DNA of 32,000 nucleotides from Nostoc punctiforme PCC 73102. Lineage in GTDB: Bacteria > Cyanobacteriota > Cyanobacteriia > Cyanobacteriales > Nostocaceae. Position numbers and translations under genes: made by a program. This document shows positions 1 through 6,825 of the stretch, piece after piece (position 1 is the stretch's first letter; every line of letters begins with the position of its first letter). The notes beneath the pieces are model-generated. The model did no database searches, was not told where the DNA came from, and worked only from the letters and a program-made list of their open reading frames with translations. The stretch is from the NCBI RefSeq assembly GCF_000020025.1, contig NC_010628.1, forward strand, positions 6,690,001 through 6,722,000, read 5' to 3'.

Positions 1-71
1 CCGGGTGAAGTCTGCGTTGTCTGGACGGCAAAAAACACTTGACTAACGAGCATGTATACTGCTAAAAGTAA

Positions 72-89
72 ACAGACCGAATAGTCTGT
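72..89. promoter_or_regulatory. Candidate TetR operator: inverted repeat ACAGAC-N6-GTCTGT
   Basis: ACAGAC (72-77) and GTCTGT (84-89) are perfect reverse complements. They lie 52 nt upstream of the TetR start codon, where TetR autoregulatory operators are usually palindromic. Confidence 0.35.
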
Positions 90-140
90 AATTTCCAATT
101 CAATAAACTACACGACTCCCTACTCTAATAAATCGCTGTA

Positions 141-728
141 ATGTCCAAAGGCGAAGAAACAAAAAGTAGAATTCTCCACCAAGCAGCCGAACTGTTTAAC
201 CAACAAGGGTATGCAGGCTCATCAATGTCAGACATTATGCGTGTTACTGGATTGCAAAAAGGAGGAATTTACAATCACTTTCAAAGCAAAGACGATCTCG
301 CATTACAGGCTTTTGATTTTGCGATCGCTCGCATTAAACAGCATACTAGATTTGCATTGCGAAGCAAACGCCATGCAGTAGAACGCCTGCAAGCAATCAT
401 TGGGATATTTAGTAGCTTCGCAGAAAATCCACCTATCAAAGGAGGGTGTCCACTGCTGAATACTGCTGTGGAAAGCGATGATGCTCATCCGGCGTTGCGG
501 GAACACGCTCAACAGGCGATGAACTCTTGGCTGCATCTAATTCGTCGAATTATTGAAACGGGAATTGCCAAGGGTGAAATTCGCTCTGAAGTAAGTGCTG
601 ATGAAATTGCCACCATCATAATTGCAACGCTGGAAGGAGCCATAATGATGAGTAAGCTTTATGGAGATTCAATTCACATGTACAGGGTAATTAATCACCT
701 GAATCAATACTTGGAAAATCACCTTTAA
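141..728 (+). CDS. TetR/AcrR family transcriptional regulator
   Basis: 195-aa ORF. The N-terminal HTH signature SRILHQAAELFNQQGYAGSSMSDIMRVTGLQKGGIYNHFQSKDDL is typical of TetR family proteins. Confidence 0.9.
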   Translation: MSKGEETKSRILHQAAELFNQQGYAGSSMSDIMRVTGLQKGGIYNHFQSKDDLALQAFDFAIARIKQHTRFALRSKRHAVERLQAIIGIFSSFAENPPIKGGCPLLNTAVESDDAHPALREHAQQAMNSWLHLIRRIIETGIAKGEIRSEVSADEIATIIIATLEGAIMMSKLYGDSIHMYRVINHLNQYLENHL

Positions 729-732
729 ATGT

Positions 733-1122
733 ATGGTACAAATCAAAGTATATTCTTTAGCAGACAAATTAAATCTTATTAAAGCGGAGCTATCAAATGT
801 AATCCATACCTCCCTTATAGAGGTTTTACAGCTTACCCCTGAAAAAAGATTTCACCGTTTTTTCCCACTGGATAAATCAGATTTTTATTATCCATCTGAT
901 AGAACAAACAACTATCTAGTTATCGAAATTAGTATGTTTGAGGGGCGCTCAGTGGAAACAAAAAAAGAGTTGATTCGCCTGCTAATTAAAAATATCAATG
1001 AAAAATTCAATATTCCTATATGCGATATTGAAATCACAATTTTTGAAACGCCCAAATCTAACTGGGGTATTAGAGGTTTACCTGGCGACGAGTTAACCTT
1101 AAACTACAAAGTAGAAGTTTGA
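733..1122 (+). CDS. Tautomerase-superfamily protein (Tautomerase_3-like)
   Basis: 129-aa ORF starting 5 nt after the TetR stop. The motifs EISMFEGRS and IFETPKSNWGIRGLPGDEL match the tautomerase family proteins I recall. The N-terminus is Met-Val, not Met-Pro. Confidence 0.7.
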   Translation: MVQIKVYSLADKLNLIKAELSNVIHTSLIEVLQLTPEKRFHRFFPLDKSDFYYPSDRTNNYLVIEISMFEGRSVETKKELIRLLIKNINEKFNIPICDIEITIFETPKSNWGIRGLPGDELTLNYKVEV

Positions 1123-1233
1123 AATTGTTGTAGGTAATGGGTTATTAGACAATTAATAACTACTCATACTTGAAAAGAGTAAAATTTTTTAGAATTTTAC
1201 AGACCGATCGGTTTTAAAATATTAAGAGAAATA

Positions 1234-1677
1234 ATGCTAGTAAATAACAGTTTGCACAGACCACTAGAAGTAGTATTAGAAATTCCTGTAAGAACATACG
1301 ACATTGACTTTATAGGAATCGTAAGCAATATTGTATATATCAGATGGTTAGAAGATTTACGTTTAAAGTTTTTAGATGAACATTGGCACCTCAATCAACA
1401 AATTGCTCAAGGATATGCACCTGTTCTAGCTGGAACTGAAATTGAATATAAACGTCCGATAAAAATTATTGACCAAGTAATAGGACGTTTATGGCTAAGT
1501 AATTTAGGACGATTGAAGTGGACTGTACAGGCTGAAATTTTCTCTAATAATGAGTTAGCAGCAGTAGCTAGTCAAAAGGGTGCTTTTGTCAGTTTACAAA
1601 ATAGTCGTCCTATTCCTATTCCAGAGGAATTAAAGAATAAATATTTAGAGCATCAAAAAGGGAATCTGAAAGACTAA
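1234..1677 (+). CDS. Hotdog-fold acyl-CoA thioesterase (4HBT/YbgC-like)
   Basis: 147-aa ORF. VRTYDIDFIGIVSNIVYIRWLEDLR is the typical N-terminal pattern of YbgC-type thioesterases. Confidence 0.75.
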   Translation: MLVNNSLHRPLEVVLEIPVRTYDIDFIGIVSNIVYIRWLEDLRLKFLDEHWHLNQQIAQGYAPVLAGTEIEYKRPIKIIDQVIGRLWLSNLGRLKWTVQAEIFSNNELAAVASQKGAFVSLQNSRPIPIPEELKNKYLEHQKGNLKD

Positions 1678-1794
1678 GTAAGTTGGCACAATCAAAACAA
1701 ACTATGTAAATAAAAATGAACTAGGCTAAAATCCTCAAGCAAATCAGCTAAAAACACTATAATTTGCTTAAAGCGTGATTTATCCTACTCTTAG

Positions 1795-2170
1795 ACCGGC
1801 GATCTTGATTCTGAATCTATTGATAACTTTCCTTGCACTGACTTACGAACCATTGACCAACTGTGGCTAAAATACAGCAATGGGCAATGGGCACTTTGGG
1901 TTTAGTGTGCAAAAGCGAATTTGGGAAAGCGTTGGAAAAGACTACGAAAAGTTTGGCGATCGCGTCGGATGGCAAAAAGGAATATTTTTTAATAAAGACT
2001 GGCTATATTACTCAGACCTTACTTTCAGAATAAATTCTCCAAGGGGACATTTGCCATGCGCGCCCGTGGACGCTGTTTGGATGGTCAGTAAGTTATCGAT
2101 CTCTGCGGGCTCAAGAAGCATAGGGTTGGGTTTGGCCTTCTTCTCTCGCATTGAGACTTGTAAACGTTAA
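1795..2170 (+). pseudogene. GUN4-domain gene remnant, N-terminally truncated and frameshifted by a 7-bp tandem duplication
   Basis: Frame A (1795-1884) reads TGDLDSESIDNFPCTDLRTIDQLWLKYSNG. Frame B (the track ORF 1880..2170) continues HFGFSVQKRIWESVGKDYEKFGDRVGWQKG...YYSDLTF...SPRGHLP...FFSRIETCKR. Joined, they give a GUN4 domain. AATGGGC is duplicated in tandem at 1879-1885 and 1886-1892, and removing one copy restores ...YSNGHFGFSVQ. There is a stop at 1792 and no ATG in frame A. Confidence 0.8.
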
Positions 2171-2276
2171 TATATAAGTCTTACAGAAAATTGTGAAAAT
2201 TCACAAACAATTCATTTTGCAGGAAGTATTACGTTTTCTACGTTTCCGTTACTTGGTACTGGGCATAAATTCCCTT

Positions 2277-2912
2277 TTAAAGTTGACAAATTGCTTTTAA
2301 AACTTGTAGCAACTGACTTGAACCCTCTCTTTCCATTAAATTTAATTCTGGCAACAGATAATAAATAGGGGGATTTCCTTGTTCGATATAGACAAACTGA
2401 TAACTTCTACCATTAGTTGCTAATCCCCAAACTGATTTTTGATTATCTAAATTTTTATAAGCGTATGTGAGTAACTGAGGTAAACCTGTTGAAATATCAA
2501 TCTGACTATTTTTAGATTCAATTAACAGTACCCAAAAGTATATTTGAGGTTTTGTATGTTTAGCTTTACTAATAGCTAAAATATCAAATCTTCCTTTAAT
2601 TTTGATATCTTCATCTTCAACTTCAATATCAGCAATATTCTCCTCCAAAGCAATCTCGATAGGATAGCGATAAAAACCAGCTAACCTTAGTAAAGGAGCA
2701 ACTGCAAGAAACTTTACTTGACCTTCAGAAACTTTACCTGCTGTAAGGTATCTATCAAAGTCATGCTGAATTTGTTTGAGTTCCTGCTGTTCTGCTTCCG
2801 TGAGAGGTTCCAGAGATAAGTAGTTAGAAAATGAGTCATTGTACTGCTTTTGAAAGCCAAATAGACGATGAACTTCTTCTAAAGATAAATTACGAGCGTT
2901 GAGAATTGTCAT
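2277..2912 (-). CDS. PD-(D/E)xK nuclease-fold protein resembling the type I restriction enzyme R-subunit N-terminal domain, solitary
   Basis: Track ORF 2277..2942. The likely start is Met11 (MTILNARNLSLEEVHRLFGF). A nuclease-like core is visible: GRFDIL...WVLLIESKNSQ (D...E-x-K). No hsdM or hsdS lies nearby. Confidence 0.65.
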   Translation of the reverse strand: MTILNARNLSLEEVHRLFGFQKQYNDSFSNYLSLEPLTEAEQQELKQIQHDFDRYLTAGKVSEGQVKFLAVAPLLRLAGFYRYPIEIALEENIADIEVEDEDIKIKGRFDILAISKAKHTKPQIYFWVLLIESKNSQIDISTGLPQLLTYAYKNLDNQKSVWGLATNGRSYQFVYIEQGNPPIYYLLPELNLMEREGSSQLLQVLKAICQL

Positions 2913-3066
2913 ATATTTTTGCTTGATTAAGGTGCAACCCAATCCAAGTTACCTATATAAAACCTATGTTAACCCCTGCTTGACTGACCAACTTCAACGA
3001 AAAGGTTTTGTTAGTTAATCAAATATTAACCCTTAAGAAACTCCTCTTTAACTTCTTGACTCTGTG

Positions 3067-3139
3067 TTCTCTATGCCTCTGTGCCTCTGTGGTTAAATAA
3101 AAAGCTTTTGAACCGCAGAGACGCGGAGGCACAGAGAGA
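3067..3139. repeat. Long imperfect hairpin, a member of a dispersed repeat family (AACCGCAGAG...CACAGAGAGA arm)
   Basis: The left arm TCTCTATGCCTCTGTGCCTCTGTGGTT (3067-3094) pairs imperfectly with the right arm AACCGCAGAGACGCGGAGGCACAGAGAGA (3111-3139). The right arm plus the AAAAAGAGATTTTA tail recurs at 18639-18683. It lies just downstream of the hisS stop. Confidence 0.7.
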
Positions 3140-3160
3140 AAAAGAGATTTTAGAAGTATA

Positions 3161-4573
3161 TTAGCTAAGTCTTCTTTTAACTTCCTCAGCTAAATTGACC
3201 AGTAGCACTTCTACTTGCTCACCTGATTTCAAATCTTTGAGCGAGGACTTTTGCGCTGCTGCTTCCTCAGAACCAATAATTACACAAAATTGAATTCCTT
3301 GTTTATCGGCTAGCTGAAATTGTTTACCCAAGGGACGCTTATCAAAATTAGTGATAACATTAATTCCAGCTTGACGCAGATGTTGTGAAACTTTTAAATA
3401 AGTTGGCATTAAATCTTCTTGCATATTCACTACCATCACCTGGGCTGGTGTAGCAGCTAAGGTACTAAGAATACCAGCTTTTAACAATCGACTAATTAAG
3501 CGAGTTAAACCGATAGAAATACCGACACCAGGCATTTTTTCACCCAAAAACACCCCAACTAATTCTTCATATCTGCCGCCAGAACAGATACTACCTAAAG
3601 CTTCATGCCCTAATAAGGTTGTTTCGTAAACTGTACCAGTATAGTAATCAAGACCACGGGCAATAGATAAATCAATACAGAAACGATTTTCGGTAACTCC
3701 AAGATTACGCACGCCTGCAATTACTGTTTCTAATTCGCTAATTCCAAGGCTTAATTGCTCAGTTTCTGGCAGATTTAGGGTGAGATGCTTAAGCTTATCT
3801 AATACTTCATCAACAGAACCATCAATTTTAATAAAATCAATAATTTTTTGAGTCTGTTCTCCTGAAACTCCCTCTTTTTCTAATTCTTGTTTTACTTTAC
3901 TTTCACCAATTTTTTCTAAATTATCAACAATATTAATGCACGATTTAATTTTGTCTTCGGTAATTCCTACTGACTTAAAGAAACCTGTAAGAACTTTACG
4001 ATTATTGATGCGAATCAGAAAATCACCGATATTAATTGCTTCAAATATTTCAGTAATAATTGCAGGCATCTGAGCATCATAGAGCAAGCTGAGTTCACGA
4101 CGAGCAACTACATCAATATCACACTGGCGGAACTGACGAAAACGCCCATCTTTCGCGCGTTCTCCCCGAAAAACCATATCAGTTTGATAGCGGGCAAAGG
4201 GAAAGATTAACTCATTTAGGTGACGGGCAATATATGCTGCTAAAGGAACTGTTTGATCAAATTTTAAAGCTCTTGCTTCTGAACCAGTTTCACCCGATTT
4301 ATCTTTACCAGTTTCGCCTGATTTATCTTTCTCGGCTTGTCGATTTGGTGGCAAGATGGGGTCAATGCCATAGATGATATTGTCGCCTTGATTCCCTTTA
4401 GCTTGTAGCACTTCTAAACGCTCTACAGCAGGTGTTTCAATGGGCGTAAATCCATAGCTTTCAAAAACTCTACGGATAATATCTAGCAAATATAATTCTA
4501 GACGCTTTTCACTAGGCAGAAATTCTGGGAAACCACTAGGAGTAGAAAAGTTTATTTTGTCACCTTTTGCCAT
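3161..4573 (-). CDS. hisS: Histidine--tRNA ligase
   Basis: 470-aa ORF with class II HisRS features: FPEFLPSEKRLELYLLDIIRRVFESYGFTPIETPAVE, ALKFDQTVPLAAYIARH, RYQTDMVFRGERAKDGRFRQFRQCD, GGRYEEL, and a C-terminal anticodon-binding domain. Confidence 0.93.
   Translation of the reverse strand: MAKGDKINFSTPSGFPEFLPSEKRLELYLLDIIRRVFESYGFTPIETPAVERLEVLQAKGNQGDNIIYGIDPILPPNRQAEKDKSGETGKDKSGETGSEARALKFDQTVPLAAYIARHLNELIFPFARYQTDMVFRGERAKDGRFRQFRQCDIDVVARRELSLLYDAQMPAIITEIFEAINIGDFLIRINNRKVLTGFFKSVGITEDKIKSCINIVDNLEKIGESKVKQELEKEGVSGEQTQKIIDFIKIDGSVDEVLDKLKHLTLNLPETEQLSLGISELETVIAGVRNLGVTENRFCIDLSIARGLDYYTGTVYETTLLGHEALGSICSGGRYEELVGVFLGEKMPGVGISIGLTRLISRLLKAGILSTLAATPAQVMVVNMQEDLMPTYLKVSQHLRQAGINVITNFDKRPLGKQFQLADKQGIQFCVIIGSEEAAAQKSSLKDLKSGEQVEVLLVNLAEEVKRRLS
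4283..4330. repeat. 24-bp x2 in-frame tandem duplication inside hisS
   Basis: ACCAGTTTCACCCGATTTATCTTT (4283-4306) is followed by ACCAGTTTCGCCTGATTTATCTTT (4307-4330), with 2 mismatches. On the coding strand this gives KDKSGETG KDKSGETG. Confidence 0.9.
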
Positions 4574-4642
4574 GCGTGTACCTTACTAAATTGAAATTTG
4601 AGATGAAAGCTTAACGACTGGAAGCCGTGGCTACACAAACAA

Positions 4643-4660
4643 AGTCCGCCTGCGCGGACT
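4643..4660 (-). terminator. Rho-independent terminator candidate downstream of the 148-aa gene
   Basis: Stem AGTCCGC/GCGGACT with a 4-nt loop. On the minus strand it is followed by TTGTTTGTGT. Confidence 0.6.
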
Positions 4661-4698
4661 GGAGAATAATAAGTGATTATCTCAGAGAACAGAAATTA

Positions 4699-5145
4699 TT
4701 ATCTTACCCGTTCTTCTTGAATTAGGGTGCGTTGAAATATGTGATTATTCTTAAACCAATGCCAAGTGCGGGCACGATTGTTATTGTCAGGACTAATGTA
4801 GATCATTTCATATAAGCTCATTTCTGGGTTTGTTTTATAACTAAACCACAAAATCACAATTGAATCATCGGCTTCCCAAGCTTTACCTTGAATACGTTCG
4901 GTGTCAAACCAGAGCTTATTATCTTTATAGCTTCCTGGAAATTCATACTCTTCTTGTTTGCCGTCAGACCATTTGTAGCGATTAATTTGGTAGTAGGGAT
5001 GAGAACCATTTTCTGGAAATTGACAAGTTAAGTGAGACTCATAACTGTCGAGGATTTTTCCTGTTGTATCAATTAATGTATAAGTTCCTACCCAATCTCC
5101 CTCATGACGAACAAGTACGGGCATTTCTTCTCGAATATTAGACAT
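4699..5145 (-). CDS. Conserved hypothetical protein (possible beta-barrel/lipocalin-like fold; family not recognised)
   Basis: 148-aa ORF with no competing ORF and a Trp/Tyr-rich composition (WVGTYTL, YKWSDG, LWFDTERIQGKAW). Confidence 0.6.
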   Translation of the reverse strand: MSNIREEMPVLVRHEGDWVGTYTLIDTTGKILDSYESHLTCQFPENGSHPYYQINRYKWSDGKQEEYEFPGSYKDNKLWFDTERIQGKAWEADDSIVILWFSYKTNPEMSLYEMIYISPDNNNRARTWHWFKNNHIFQRTLIQEERVR

Positions 5146-5466
5146 TGCAATTTACCTCTCAACAAATTTAGGTAAGGCATACAACACAAGGTGAACTACT
5201 TACACTTACCGCCAGGTAAGTAAGTGACGGACTCAAACCGCAAGCTCCCTTTGGTTGTGGTAGAACGCAAATCATTAGCCATTTCTCGTACTAGTGCTTG
5301 AGTCAGACTAAGTTCCACGCCGCAGAGTTTATTATATAATGCTGTCTGTAATACTAACAATTCGATTTAGCACTCTGACTTTCTAAGCTGCATGGACTAA
5401 TTTTTGAAAATTACACAACCAATTACCCACTAATTATGCAAGTTAAATTGGAATTGGTACAAAATG

Positions 5467-5504
5467 AAATGGTGCATTACGGTTAAAACCATAACGCACC
5501 ATTT
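5467..5504 (-). terminator. Terminator hairpin downstream of the Pmp3-like gene
   Basis: AAATGGTGCATTACGG (5467-5482) and CCATAACGCACCATTT (5489-5504) form a 16-bp stem with 2 G-U/mismatch positions and a TTAAAA loop. On the minus strand it is followed by CATTTTGT. It lies 30 nt after the stop at 5534. Confidence 0.6.
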
Positions 5505-5533
5505 TTAATATTTACTAAAGTTAATCTTGCGTA

Positions 5534-5725
5534 TTAGTAAATCCCACCTTCTCTATTCAGTTGTTCATCATGCTTGGCAATGACCCAAATTGCATGAATA
5601 CTACCCGGTAGCCAACCTAGAACTGTGAGTAAAATGTTGATAAACAATGTTGGGCCAATTCCAACTGTCAGGAAAACGCCTAAAGGAGGCACTAATAAAC
5701 CTAGAAGATAACGAACTAATTTCAT
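5534..5725 (-). CDS. YqaE/Pmp3 (UPF0057) small stress-membrane proteolipid
   Basis: 63-aa ORF with two TM segments and the LPPLGVFL...LLTVLGWLPGSIHAIWVI signature. Confidence 0.8.
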   Translation of the reverse strand: MKLVRYLLGLLVPPLGVFLTVGIGPTLFINILLTVLGWLPGSIHAIWVIAKHDEQLNREGGIY

Positions 5726-5855
5726 GATTTTGCTGTATTTTTGTGATTTTGTTTAGTTACATTCTTTTGAAGATGCCGATTTAAGAAATCCACCTTCGGA
5801 TATTTTATATGGAGTAGAAAATCGATGAAATTATTATTTCTACTCCCTTTAATAT

Positions 5856-6254
5856 TTATCTAGAAGGTAATTCATTTTGGCTTTTAACATCAGCACTGCC
5901 GGTTAAAAGATTTCTTTCAACAAAGTAGTTGTTAATGAAGGTGTTAGCAAAAGTTAGAATCACTGGCCCAAGAAGGAAAGCAATAATTCCATTTACTGAG
6001 AAACCAGGAACTAGCACTGCTGCTAACCAAAAACACAAACCGTTGACGACGAGCGAAAATGCTCCAAATGATAGAAAGTTAAGCGGTAGGGAGAGAGCAG
6101 ACAGAACTGGTTTAACTGAACCGTTAATTAGACCAATTACTAGAGCGGCAATCAAAGCTGCGGGGAAATTAGCAATATTAACGCCTGGAACAACTAAATC
6201 AACAATCAACAGGCTCAAAGCTGTAGCTAGGGCGGTTAATAATGGTGTCAACAT
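5856..6254 (-). CDS. DUF360 / phage holin 4-family membrane protein
   Basis: 132-aa ORF with 4 predicted TM segments. ALVIGLINGSVKPVL...FGAFSLVVNGLCFWLAA is typical of the YvlD/DUF360 family. Confidence 0.7.
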   Translation of the reverse strand: MLTPLLTALATALSLLIVDLVVPGVNIANFPAALIAALVIGLINGSVKPVLSALSLPLNFLSFGAFSLVVNGLCFWLAAVLVPGFSVNGIIAFLLGPVILTFANTFINNYFVERNLLTGSADVKSQNELPSR

Positions 6255-6423
6255 TTTTTTGACCTAATCTTTTTTGTTTGTAACTTCTTATCTCATCTTT
6301 AACTATGTGCCAGACTTTCACCTCTCTTGCAAGATAGAATTTCCTTCTACCATTAGGTCTATTTTTGAGAAAACTATAGTAGTTATCATATTGATGTGCC
6401 CCTACTGTGATGCCATGTTTTTA

Positions 6424-6453
6424 AGGGTGCATTAAATTTGTTGAATGCACCCT
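6424..6453 (-). terminator. Hairpin downstream of the ferredoxin gene (possible terminator; no clear U-tract)
   Basis: AGGGTGCATT (6424-6433) and AATGCACCCT (6444-6453) form a perfect 10-bp stem with a 10-nt loop, 18 nt after the stop at 6471. Confidence 0.4.
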
Positions 6454-6470
6454 ACAAATTTAAGATTAAT

Positions 6471-6812
6471 TTAATCAGATTTTCCAGACTCAGGCTTATA
6501 GTAAAGGGCTGACTTATATAAGACTTGTTCTTGATGGGTTTCTAAAGTGCAATTAGACAAGGGGTAAGTTACACAAGTAACAACATAAGCAGCTTGTATT
6601 TCACTTGGGCGCAGAAATTTCTGCTCGCTTTGATTAACTTCACCGCTAATGAGTTTCGCAATACAGACAGAACATTCGCCTTGTTTGCACCCAGATGGTA
6701 GGCGGATACCAGCATCTTCTGCTATATCGAGAATATATTGATCGTCTGGCACTGCAATGGTGCGATCTAATCCAAGTGTAGGATTGATAAATCGGACTTG
6801 ATAAACTGCCAT
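6471..6812 (-). CDS. Plant-type-like [2Fe-2S] ferredoxin
   Basis: 113-aa ORF with the Cys pattern SGCKQGECSVCIAKL ... VVTCVTYP (C-x4-C-x2-C ... C). Confidence 0.8.
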   Translation of the reverse strand: MAVYQVRFINPTLGLDRTIAVPDDQYILDIAEDAGIRLPSGCKQGECSVCIAKLISGEVNQSEQKFLRPSEIQAAYVVTCVTYPLSNCTLETHQEQVLYKSALYYKPESGKSD

Positions 6813-6825
6813 CTGCTGTTTCTAA

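Noticed and set aside
303-536. 77-aa minus-strand ORF; also similar shadow ORFs at 1197..1394, 14157..14369, 15473..15664, 15909..16097, 20123..20867, 21244..21426, 22696..22950, 23163..23553, 27146..27361 and 27794..28063
   Set aside because: Each is nested in or antisense to a longer ORF with a confident family assignment.
1880-2170. The track ORF as an intact 96-aa gene
   Set aside because: Its ATG lies inside a duplicated heptamer in the middle of a GUN4 domain, and the upstream half of the domain is in another frame. I called it a pseudogene fragment instead.
5929-6267. 112-aa plus-strand ORF
   Set aside because: It is the mirror frame of the DUF360 membrane gene. The minus-strand translation gives clean TM helices, while the plus-strand one is a basic, low-complexity sequence.
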